Below the pieces are notes generated by a model. It was not told the origin of the DNA, did no database searches, and saw only the letters and a program-made list of their open reading frames with translations. The position numbers and the translations under genes are program-made. This document shows, piece after piece, positions 39,045 through 50,220 of a stretch of 64,000 nucleotides of DNA. The DNA comes from Malacoraja senta (Eukaryota), in NCBI GenBank assembly GCA_038087875.1, contig CM075989.1:9548001-9612000 (forward strand). Direction: 5' to 3'. Position 1 is the first letter of the stretch; the number at the start of each line of letters is the position of its first letter.

Positions 39045-39450
39045 TAATCTACACTGCTGCCTCAAGAATGAAACCTTCTTAATCCAGGGCATTGTTCTCT
39101 ATGGTCTTTCCTTCTTTTCCCCTCTCTCGTCGGGTAAAAGGTACAAAAGCTCAAAAGCACAAACCACCAGACTCAGAAACAGTTTCTTCCTCTCTGCTAT
39201 CAGATTACTGACCGGTTAGGGGGTAGCTCCGATCTTCCAACCTACTTTTATTGTGGATGCAATATTTTTCCTCTGTAACGGCAATACTACAATGTAGTGA
39301 GACTATATTCTGCACTGTGGTATCTTTCTCTTTACACTATCTGTAATGGCTTGGGTTGTACTTAGTATAGTATGATCTGATTTAGCTGGTTAGGACACAA
39401 ACAAAAGCTTTTCACTGCAACTTGGTATACATGACAATAATAAACCAATG
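39045..39450 (+). mobile_element. Rex1/Babar LINE 3' end, preceded by a SINE tail (38968-39030)
   Basis: ACCACCAGACTCAGAAACAGTTTCTTCC (T-T-R-L-R-N-S-F-F); CTTTTCACTG...GTATACATGACAATAATAAACC. Confidence 0.75.
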
Positions 39451-40819
39451 CAATGCCAAAGCCGAATAGCTTTCTCAGTTGGTATGGGTACGATGGGTTC
39501 AATGTTCATACACTGCTCTAAATTTCTCAGATTCAATGATTTATTTCAAACATAAAAGACATTAAAAAACCCAGTCCCACCCCAAAGATAAAGTATGTTT
39601 TTTATCCTCCTTTCTTGACGGCCTAACCCACCCAAAGGAAAATCAAACCGCACAACAGAGAAAAAACACCTCTTTTGGAAGTATAATTTTAAAAGTGCAA
39701 GATGAAATTTGGCACAATATGTTTTTAATAACACTAAAATGTTCCTGGATAAGATTAAAAACATATGGAAGAGAAAGTCTATAATAAAAATGACACCATA
39801 CTTGAAAAATGAAGTGTTGCCACATTCCTTCTTAACAAATTCATCCCCAAATGATCACCAAGTCTTAAAAGGTTACAATCTCAAGCTTAAACGCTAGATT
39901 TAAGAGCAGGGATTAGCTATTTTGTAACCTCTCTCACAAAAATGATGGCATGCAAATTGCAATTTTCAATTGTTACAGCTTAAGTGGACTTTAATCAAGT
40001 AAAGATCTTTTTTTGGTATCTGTTTTTTCCCCTCTTTCAGTATTCATTGTCGCTAGTAGTGCAACAGTTTTAAAGACATTAACAGCCTGCGAGAATCACA
40101 ACTTTTTAACGTTTATGTCGGAATTGTGTTGGCTGAATCTGTCTAGGAGAGGAAACATAACTAATCCGGATCTCACTTGATATCCTAGGTATACTTCTCC
40201 CCGAAGGTCAATGGTTGCAATTAGAAGCAAAGTCACTGCCTGATTTATCCAGTCTACTCTACAAATAATTGAGGCAAAGTGTTGTTCAATTGGGATCAGT
40301 TAACTTGAACACAGACCAGATGTCAAACCAGGGAAATCTTGAACTGGACAGTTCAGATTATACTGGGAAATAGAACATTGGGTTGTCTACCCTAAACTCA
40401 TTTGAAAGCGTTATCACCATAGTTTTGACAATTTGATAGGTTTTCTATCTCAAATCATCTTCGTCAAGTTTAGAAACAGGAAATTATGCTTACTACTAAA
40501 AAAATATGGGCCAAAAAACTAAAATGGGCCAAAAAACTGAATCAGCTTAGGCGCAAGCTAGGTATTCTTATATTATAACAATTTTATTGTAATATATGCA
40601 AATTACGCCAGACTTGTGCAAATATAAGGGAATGCAAAATGTATTTGGTGGCATGCAATTTGCATTCCAGAATGATTTGAAGAAGTAGAAGGCAATGATT
40701 CGATTTGTGCATAGGCCTTGACAATTATATGCTAAGTGGTTCTTCTGCAGTATAGAATGAAGAATTTGGAGCCAACTTCGTTTTGAAAAATGCTGCTAGA
40801 ATTAGAGAAATTAATCGAA

Positions 40820-41150
40820 CTTCAGTTTGCAACTTTTAAAAAACATCTTTCAAAACTTCAGGATGCTCCCAAAGTGCATCACATTAGATAGTTTTGAAAT
40901 ATAATCAGTTGTAATGCAATGAACTATCAGCTTTTTATTTAATCACAGCAAGACCTTGCAACAGTCTAGATAAGTGGTCAGGCAGTCAATTTCTCTGCAA
41001 CATTGGCTGAGGGGATAAATATTGATCAGGAATTGAGAGAACTCTCCTGCTGGTTCATAAATGAAATAAAGGGATTTAAGTGGAAGGGCAGGTAGAGTCC
41101 AGTTTGACATCTCATCTACATGGCAGTACCATTTGCATTGATGCACTATC
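40820..41150 (-). mobile_element. Ancient DeuSINE (SacSINE1-like) remnant
   Basis: CAGGATGCTCCCAAAGTGC; AATATTGATCAGGA..GAGAACTCTCCTGCT; GTTTGACATCTCATC. Confidence 0.55.
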
Positions 41151-41229
41151 TCCGTTTTGTACGTAGTCTTCAACTTTGAGGAGCCAAATAAAAATGTTGA
41201 TGGAATTATTGTTTTTTAATATAATTTTA

Positions 41230-43145
41230 GTGAAATTGTGAAGAGAGGGTATGTGATTTAAAAGTCCAATTTAGGTCACGTGGCTTGGTGGTAGGGATCA
41301 GAGGGTGGTAGAGTATGGTTGTTATTCAGATTGGAAGCTTCTGCACAATAGGGAATGGTGCAGTATATCCACTAGGGGCGCCGCATTGAAGGCAGCCTCT
41401 GCCTCCAGTCTGCCCGTTTTTTTCTATCAAAAAAAAAATTGTTTGTCTTAAAAGTGTGTTTTGGAGTTTCTTTACTTTTTCTATGTGGGGGAGGCGGGTA
41501 GGGTGAAGGGGGAAACCGCTTCCCAGTCGCTTCCTGGCGAGGACGCTACTATCCTCCGAGTAGCGTCCTCGCCTCCCTCCTCGCGGCCTACCAACTGGAT
41601 TGGCGCTGCCTTTCCTGCCGGGGACCGGACCAAAGCTTCAGCAGCGGAGTCGCAGCGCTGGATTCACCGCGGAGCGGAGCGATGTCTACCTGGATCGCCG
41701 TTTGAAGCTCCGGAGTGCTGGGCCCGCTGTTCCAACATCATGGAGCTGAGGTTTGAAGAGCTCCCAACGCGGGCGGCGCTGACCTCAACAACGCGGAGTC
41801 CCTGGTACCCTTGGCCGAGGGCCGCCAGCGTGAATCACCGCCCAGCGCGCGGCCTGTGGACTCTGGGAGCCGCGGTCTCTGGTAGGAAGCGGCCGATTCG
41901 GAGGTCCAAGCCGCGGATGTTGTTCTCCCGTTTCGACGTCGGAGTTCCAACATCCCGGCAAGTGGGCCTGAATATTGGGGATTACCCTAGCGGCGATTGC
42001 GGAGGGCTAGGGAGGCCCCAACCACGGGTGAACATTAAGAACAACAGAGGAAGAGGACTGACTTTGGTGCCTTCCCTCACAGTGGGAAACTTTGATTCTG
42101 CTGTGTGGGGATGTTTTATGTTGGACTCTATCGTGTGTTGTGTTCTTTATTTTATTGTATGGCTGTATGGTGAACACACATTTCACTGTGCTAACTGGCA
42201 CATGTGACAAATAAATGTATCTTGTATCTTGCTGATCTGTGGTAACGATTTGGAAGAAGATGTGCTTGGCATGGTTAGTATGTTTGCGATGACACCAGAT
42301 TTCGTGGTGCAGTTATTGGTGAAGAAGGTTTACAACAGGATCTCGATAAACTGGGGAAATGGGCCAAGGAATGGAGATTGAATATAACTCGGACAAGTAC
42401 GAGGTATTGCTTTTGGTACGTTAAATCAGAGCAGGACTTACATAGTAAATGGCAGAGCCCTGGAATGTTATAGAACAGAGAGACCTAGGATTACAGATAC
42501 ATCGTTCCCTGAAACTGGAAACACAGGTAGACAGGTTGATGAAGATGGCATCTAGCACACTTGCCTTCATTGGTCATGGCATTGAGTACAGGAATTAGGA
42601 CATCATGTTGCAACTGTTAATTTGTTGGTGAGATCTAATCTGGAGATTTGTCACAGTTCCAGTCGCCCAGCTGTAGGAAGGATGTCATTAGCTGGAAATG
42701 GTGCAAAAAAGATTCACAAGGATGTCATTAGGACTGGAGGACTGGGTTATGAAGAGAGTCTGGATAGGTGGGATGTGTTTTTCCCTAGAGTATAGGAGGC
42801 TGAGGGATACCCTTATAGAAGTTTATTAAATCGTGAGGGGCTTTGACAAAGTGGATGGTCACTGTGCTTTTCCCAGGGTAGGGGAGTTTACAACTGGAGG
42901 ACATGGATTAAAGATGAGAGAAGAAAAAGGGGCCTGACAAATGGGTTTTTCACGTGAAGGGTGGTGGGTATATGCATTGAGATACCCGAGGAGGCAGTAG
43001 AGACGGGTATAATTACAATGTTTAAGACATTTGAATGGGTACATGGTTTGTAAAGACATTGGGGGATACGGGTCAAACATAGGGCTGGCTTGGAAAGACA
43101 CCTCAATCAGCATGGACCGAAGGGCCTCTTTCCATGCTGTGTCTC
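41230..43145 (+). mobile_element. CR1 LINE RT/3' fragment, interrupted at 41376-42230
   Basis: TTTGCGATGACACC (degenerate FADD) at about 42283; tail ATGGACCGAAGGGCCTCTTTCCATGCTG. Confidence 0.85.
41376..42230 (+). mobile_element. CpG-rich non-autonomous retroposon with a Rex/Babar-type tail
   Basis: Sharp GC/CpG island that splits a CR1; tail TTTCACTGTG...CACATGTGACAAATAAA(TGTATCT)2. Confidence 0.7.
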
Positions 43146-43861
43146 TAGGAGTGTGCGACTTAAAGAAAATTGACCTTTTACTTATCCAAGAACAATATAA
43201 TTCATTTGCCCAAAGTTGGAGGGCATAATTATCCTTCTTTAAAAAAAAATACTTCCTCGCATGTAGGTCAGTGAAATAAAGGTCAAATAGCATGAAACAA
43301 TAAAGTTAATCCTCACATCAACAAAGAAGACATGTAATGTTTCTTTACTAAAGTGTTAAAGCTTGAAACTTAGTCCAAATTATTTCTTAGAAGGAATCTG
43401 ACACAAAGTCCAGAGAGGGACAGATCCCACTGTCTTATTTTGCTAGTACAATATCATAGATTTCATTACTGACTAGTGTTGCATCAGGTAGTCAATATTG
43501 CAACAATGACAGATGTAACTCTCATGTGTTTTGGATTAATTTGGATATGAAAGAAGTGAGAGAAAAACATATCAGTCTGGTTTACGTGACTGATCTCTGT
43601 CCAGACACAAACTATGGTCAGTATAGCTTCAAACTCAGCTATGATTTCTTGGTTTGACTGCCAGCATCAGTGGCCAGATTGATCTTTAAATGGATACCCC
43701 AGAATGAACTATTATTTTCAGGACGGTAAGGGGAGAAAGCTGCTGGAAAACAGATGGCTAAATATGAAGCAGGACCCCTAAAAACATAGTTCTGTACACA
43801 GTGTTCACCTGAATGTCCTCAGCAGAAAAAACAATTATAAAATGGATTATCTTTCTGATAA

Positions 43862-44315
43862 CACAGAACAAATATAGAGCATAGAACATAGAACAGTACA
43901 GCACAAGAACAGGTCCTTTGGCCAAGAATATCTGTGCTTAACATGATGCCAAAACCATCACTTATCAACCTGCACATAACCCATATTCCTCCATTCCCTG
44001 CATATCCATATGCCTATCCAGATGTTTTTTAAATGCCACAAACATATCTGCTTCAACCATCACCCACTGGCACTGCCAACCACTGGCAGTGAGTTCCAGG
44101 CACTCACCATCCTGTGTGCAACAAAACATGCCCCATGCATATCGTTTAAACTTCGCTCCTCTCACCTTAAAGCTATGCCCTCCAGTATTTGATTTTTACA
44201 TTCTGGGGAAATGATTCTGACTGTTTACCTTATCTATATCTCCCATAATTTTACATACTTCTATCAGGTCTGCCTGCAACCTCACGTGTTCCGGAGAAAA
44301 CAATCCAAGTCTGTA
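43862..44315 (-). mobile_element. CR1 LINE 3' end
   Basis: (CATAGAA)n tail, AACAGGTCCTTTGGCCA. Confidence 0.85.
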
Positions 44316-45556
44316 TAAAATAGCAGAAAGAAAATTTGGTTACCTCTTAAGCACTCTTTAGCATATATGCACTGAGCTTCACTTTGGAATTTATGAGTTT
44401 CTAGAATAGTTACTACGACTCATCATGGACCGTCAGACAATTGGTCGAGCAGCACCTTATTGGGGGGAAAGGAAATGTCGGCGATTCAGGTCTACGACAC
44501 AGGGTTTTGACTGGAAGTGTCAACAATTCTTATCCCCCCCAACAGGTTCTGCGTGACCTGCTGAGTTCCTCCAGTAGATTGTATGTCCCAGAATCCAGCC
44601 TCTGTGGTTTCTTTATGTTTTCATCGTGGACTGTTCAGTATTTGCAGAAAAAAACCTTAGATTCTAAAAATGTTGTGTCTGATCAAATAGGATAAATAGC
44701 AGAATCGGCATATTTATTTTATGCCTCTGCCAGGAAATCATTTTGAGATGTAGAATCTCCTGCCATTTCAATCCACAAGTTTATAACTTGAAATAACGAT
44801 CCAACCTCAGCCATATTATTTTCAAGAAACAATCCAGGTTTCATCTGACAGGGATTGAGAATAAACAGAATGCTATGGAGCCTTGATTTATTGTAATCTT
44901 GAAATATAGCCTGGTAGGTTAAACACAAGGGAGATACTGTCCTTTAAAGAAAGACAAAGTCCAGAATTGTATCTTAAGCCTCAAGGCAAAAATGAACGTC
45001 AATTATTGGAACCAAGGAACGAGACTGGGATTACAGTTATGGTAAAGATTAGGTTTAGGTTTAAATCGGCCTAAAGGGAAAAAGGTGGTGCAAAGGTACC
45101 TGACCAAAATGAAGTGCTCCAACTCAGAGAAAATGATAAGTTGCTTGAAACATATAGGAGCAAGTGCCAATGTTGAAAATGTACAGGAGTTTGCGGCCTG
45201 GTACATGGAACTGAACTGAAGCGGATGACTTTTCTAATGATTTTTATTGACATATAAAATAGCTGGGAAATTCTAAAATCTATTTACATTGAATATGAAA
45301 TGTTGTGTCATTCCTTCGGAAAGACCAGGAGCCACAATTTAATACCAAATATTTATAATTCTACTCCATTTCAAATAATTGATTCTATTGCCCAAACTTT
45401 GCATTCTAACTTCACGATAATGATGCTCTAAATATTTGTATGGAGGTGAACAACAAAGAAATTTGGCTGGATATAAGGAACAGCAGATGCTGGTTTACAA
45501 AAAAAAGATGTGCTTTACATGAGATATTTATTTTACAAGAATCAGGTATAGGAACA

Positions 45557-45610
45557 GGGGTGGAAGATTGCAACCTTCACGTGGTCCGCCCTGTTTCGAC
45601 GAATGCAATC
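45557..45610 (+). ncRNA. Predicted minimal HDV-like self-cleaving ribozyme (54 nt)
   Basis: GGGGUGG-AA-GAUUGCA-ACC-UUCACGU-GGU-CCGCCCU-G-UUUCGA-CGAA-UGCAAUC: P1 7 bp with G1.U, P2 7 bp, P3 3 bp, putative catalytic C at 45600. Confidence 0.83.
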
Positions 45611-45698
45611 AACCCGGCGTGCACAATCAAATAAGATCAAATAGAACAAGTTGTCCTACAACTTTAGGCTGTGCACGCCATATGCAAGAAGAAGAAGA
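45557..45698 (+). mobile_element. Short non-autonomous non-LTR retroposon (Vingi/Ingi-like)
   Basis: TSD AGGTATAGGAAC (45544-45555) / AGGTATTGGAAC (45699-45710); tail GCCATATGCAAGAAGAAGAAGA; HDV-like fold at the 5' end. Confidence 0.87.
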
Positions 45699-45712
45699 AG
45701 GTATTGGAACCC

Positions 45713-45896
45713 TGCATGATTCTTTCCCTCCCCAGCTTGGGACTAAGGATAATTATCGTGCTTGGTAGAAACAAGGAACTGCAAATGTTAGTTTACAAAA
45801 TAAAAATACACAAAATGCTGGAGTAACTCAGTGGGTCAGGCAGCATCTCTGGAGAACATGTATCGGTGATGTTTTGGGTCGGGACCCTTCTTCAGA
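45713..45896 (-). mobile_element. Penelope pLTR repeat with the shared extension
   Basis: Homologous to 31258-31440. Confidence 0.75.
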
Positions 45897-46324
45897 ATAA
45901 ATTCCCCTTTTTTGGCACATCCGAGACCGGAATAAATGTTTAAATTGGAATCCTTTGTCTATTTAAGAACTCACAGAACAACAATTGCTAGCACACTAGG
46001 TCTGAGAAGCAAAATAGGTACAAACCTTACCAAATATTACTAGGGCTTGATGATCTATATAATGGCAGCTCAGTATATTTTTTAATCTTAAGGGGCTAGT
46101 AGTTTTCATCTTTCATATTTGAAAGAGCAATCATGCGATATTATCCCTGTCCTTTTCCCGTGCCCTTCTAATGTTTTCTCTGCAACTTTTCACCATCACC
46201 TCATTCATTGTGATCTCTATTCCTCCTCAGCCCGATAGCATTGCCATGAAACCCACCACATGCTCATTTCAATCCCCCTCTTCCTGGGTTCTAAACAAAT
46301 AGTTTCACCTTCTAACCCTTCAGA

Positions 46325-47267
46325 GGAAAGGTGACAACACCTCCTCCACAAAAATTCTCAAGATTGGAGCCCCGCAAGGATGCGTGCTCAGTCCCCAACT
46401 ATACTCCTTATACACTCATGACTGCATGGCCAAATTCACCTCTAACAAATTTGCAGATGACACCCCTGTGGTGGGCCAGATCACAAACAATAGAGAGATG
46501 GAGTACAGCAAGGAGGTAGATAACTTAATAGCATGGTGTCAGTACAATAATCTCTCCCTCAATGTCAGCAAGACGAAGGAGCTAGTTATCGACTTCAAGA
46601 AACATGATGGAGCACATGCTCCAATCAGCATCGATGTTGATGAAGTGAAAATGGTTGAGAGCTTCATGTTCCTTGACGTAATTATTACCAACAATCTGTC
46701 GTGGACCCACTCTATTGATGTATCAGCCAAGAAGGTATACTGGGCTCTACTTCCTGAGGCGACTGAGGAAATTTGGCATGTCTCCAATGACTCTTATCAG
46801 TTCAACAGATGCAGCACAGGATGGATACCATCACAGCTTGTTTTGAGAATCATTCGGCCCAAGACTGCAAGAAATTACACAGAATTGTAGTTGTGGCCTA
46901 GTCCATCACACAGACTGGACTTCCCACCATTGACACCATCCACATTTGACACTGCTCAGAAAAGCAGCCAACATAATTAAAGTATTTTCCCACCCCACAT
47001 TCTTTTTTCTCCCTGCTCCCTGAATGGCTTCTGAATGGTCCTTCCTTATGACAGGGTACTGTCTGATTCACCTCTACCCCATTGTGGACATTGGACTTTG
47101 TCTGTAGAACTGATACGCTACGATGCTGAGAACTGTATTCTATATCTTCCCCTTCGTTCTATTTATTGTATTTGAGATTGACTTGATTTACGTCAGGTTT
47201 ATCTAATCTCATTGTTTAGCATGCAAATCGGTACACGTGACAATAATCAGCCTAAAACTAAACCTAA
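46325..47267 (+). mobile_element. Rex1/Babar LINE, 5'-truncated RT pseudogene with 3' UTR
   Basis: LSPQLYSLYTHDC...KFADDTPVVGQI...LSLNVSKTKELVIDF; tail GGTACACGTGACAATAA(CCTAAA)n. Confidence 0.9.
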
Positions 47268-47337
47268 TCCACAATGTGGTGGCACAAATGGCCTTTCCTA
47301 TCCAATATTCATGCTAACAGACACTGAAAATACTAAA

Positions 47338-47549
47338 GATACACACAAAAAGCTGGAGTAACTCAGCGGGACAGGCAGCATCTCTGAAGAAAAAGAATGG
47401 GTGACGTTTCGGGTCGAGTCCTCTGAAGAAGGGTCTCGACCCGAAATGTCACCCATTCCTTCTCTCCAGAGATGCTGCCTGCCCGCTGAGTTACTGCAGC
47501 TTTTTGTGTCTATCTTTGGTTTAAACCAGCATCTGCAGTTCCTTCTTAC
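47338..47549. mobile_element. Palindromic Penelope pLTR insertion with a 17-bp TSD
   Basis: ACACTGAAAATACTAAA at 47321-47337 and 47550-47566. Confidence 0.9.
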
Positions 47550-49489
47550 ACACTGAAAATACTAAAAGCAGATACTTTTAAAAGTAGTTTGTGGATGCAA
47601 CACTGCAATGGTATTGTGACTATAGGTGGTGTTAAGGAACACATTACGTGACCCATTGAATACAGTGTTATGCTTCTATGCAGTCACCAGGCACATTCAC
47701 TTTATTGCACGTCAAAGCTGTTTACTCAAGCAAACTAAAGCAATGACCTCTTAATTGATGATTTTTACAGCTGCCCTGTAGCCATTCTGATAATCCATGT
47801 AGTGAATTGGACTTTATAAATCTTTATGTTCTGGCCCTGTCCTTGATTCTAGTGCAAAGTGTGATACTAGCACCACCACTGTTATCCATCCTGCCCTCAG
47901 GGTAAGTAAATCTATCCTGCTGAATCTTTCTCACCCCAAACCTGTGATCCTTGGCCAACAAATGCTTTTCCTGTACAGTCTGACCAACATTGAATGGGGC
48001 TATACCCTTAAAAGCAATAAATTGGCCCTGTTTCATTAACCCTCCAAAGGGCAAGAAAGTCACTTGTTTATTTCCCTATAAAAGCATACCGGCAACATTC
48101 ATTCCATCAGTGGGGGCTCATTAGTGAAATGAAATTGTAACTTTATACCATCTGCTACTTTTTTGTTTTTACCACTAGCTTTGGAAATTAATTACTTCAG
48201 AATTCGCTTTATGAAAGTTGAAACACAATTTACTATTTTTTTCTAATGAATATTTCAATGTGTTTACATAGCTATGTTTGCAAATGGATTCCCACCTCAC
48301 TGTTATTATGATTGAAGCCAACCATTAGTTCTTCAAACACACTAGGGATCGAGTCATTTCTGGTGCATCAGAAGCAAGATCATAAATAGATAGAAGTGTG
48401 GAATATTTAAACGTGACCAAAGAGAGATATGTGGTGACAAAGATTTACTTCCCCCCCCCCCCCCCCCCAAACTGAACTCAATTACCTGAAAATTGCTAAT
48501 TCTCAATTTTGCAATCAACAGTATTAACCCTGACAATTTTCACTTAAAGCCTGCATATTCTGGTGGTAAATATAATTAGATACCGTCATTTCAATTCTGG
48601 TGCCTAGATTCAAATACAGTTCTGACACAGATCGCCAACTCTGTTTGAACTTACAAATGCATTTGAGCAAATTTAATCACAGGACACGTCTCCACAATTC
48701 TCCTGCCCTCAACACTGTTCAGTGATGCATCCATTTTTGCACGTGAATCATAAAGTAAACCAAATTGAAATATCAAATCTTTTATCTTTAAAAGATGTTG
48801 ATTGATGCTTTATAATCTTTGCATTTTCTGTTTTGGGTAGACTCAATCAAGCTCCTAAACGTACTCATATCAAGCCAGAGCCTGTCAGAAAGGGAAAAGA
48901 CCAATACATAGAGTGCTCTTCCGAGACTGAGGCTGAAACACGTTGGAAGGGGTCTACCAACATAGACCACGTCATGCATTCATCCAATCATAGCTGTGAT
49001 ATTCTTGGAAACAGCTTTTCCAATCATCCATTTTCCCTAGTTCCCATACCACTGTAATTGATTCCCTTTTAACGTGCTACTTAATACTTCTCTCACCATC
49101 CATTCAGGAAGTGGACTCTAGGTCACAACAATAATAAATGTTTCTTTGTGTCATATCAATGCCTAACACCTTAAATCTGTTTCCCTAAGATGTCAACACA
49201 TTCTCACTGGGAAACAGTTCATAACTTATTCGATAAAAACTTGGCAAAACATCAAATGCTCTTTAATGAGTGATCCCAGATTTTAGAGAAATCCAGAGAA
49301 ATCTTTTATTCCTCATGCCATTGTAATAGAGGAGCATGCTTTACATTATTGTTTTGCTATAGGTGGTCAGTGATTGGATGTGAACCATTCCCCAATATAA
49401 CCATCTCACACATAAAGTGTGACAAATTTTCTTGAAGATCCTAAATGAAAGTTGCAATTACAAGTTAGTATAAGGTACTAACAAGTGCT

Positions 49490-50220
49490 GTGCATCGATA
49501 TTCACTAAGGAGAAGCTCTTAAGGGATAATGAGATCAGTATGGGGTAGGCTTGGACATTTTGAGACCAAGAAGGTAATGGTGTTGAGTCTCTTGAAGGAG
49601 CCCCTGTCCCACTTGGGAGACCTAAACAGCAACCTCTGGTGACCTTGCCCGCCACCCAAAAAAAAATCAAGGTCGAGATGACCTGCAACCTCCTACCACC
49701 TCCCACGCATATGTTGAAAACCTTCCTCGACTATGAAGAAAATCGGCTTCGACAAGCCCTGCAACCAAAAAATTATCGATTTTTAAAACAGCAACCTATT
49801 TTTAGTCAAGGCCATTTTTAATCATGATGAAACAATAGCAGCAACCTAGATGAAGCCTCGACCACGTGGAAACCACCTTCGACCATTAGGGAGAGTGACC
49901 AAAACCTCCGGTGACCTCATGGAAACCTTGGGTGGCGGGCAAGGTCACCAGAGGTTGCTGTTTAGGTCTCCTAAGTGGGACAGGGGCTTAGTCTCCAAGC
50001 CCTGATGGATCCAGGCCAGGTTATTGAGAGGGGCAAGAGAGGAAATTTCTGAGGCATTGACAAAGACCTTTGCATTCCCTCCAGTCACAGTAAAGGTCCC
50101 GGAGGTCTGGAGAGTAGCTAATGTTAATTCTTCGTTTAAGAAGGGCAACAGGGATAATGCAGGAAATTATAGGCTGGTGAGCATCACATCAGTGGTAGTG
50201 AAGCTATTGGAAAGGATTCT
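49490..50220 (+). mobile_element. CR1 fragment interrupted by a MITE
   Basis: VPEVWRVANVNSSFKKGNRDNAGNYRLVSITSVVVKLLE. Confidence 0.85.
49599..49988. mobile_element. Harbinger-type MITE, 61-bp TIR
   Basis: AGCCCCTGTCCCACTTGGGAGACC...CCACCCAA, with one mismatch in the opposite arm; shares CCTGTCCCACTT with the MITE at 19218; TSD unclear. Confidence 0.85.

Noticed and set aside
40505-40540. Short tandem duplication ATGGGCCAAAAAACT (also GTGCATGG.TGAGAGGGAAAAATAG at about 10530-10585)
   Set aside because: Ordinary slippage duplications with no further structure.
41376-41420. Third HDV-like ribozyme at the start of the CpG-rich element
   Set aside because: Only a simple hairpin; no P2/P3 or CNAA junction could be fitted. 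Other TTCACGT/ACGTGAA matches (about 5126, 25298, 42950, 48741, 60168, 61712) also lack the flanking stems.
41461-42207. 248-aa ORF as a host gene
   Set aside because: TTG start, no recognisable domain, lies wholly within a GC-rich insertion where stop codons are rare.
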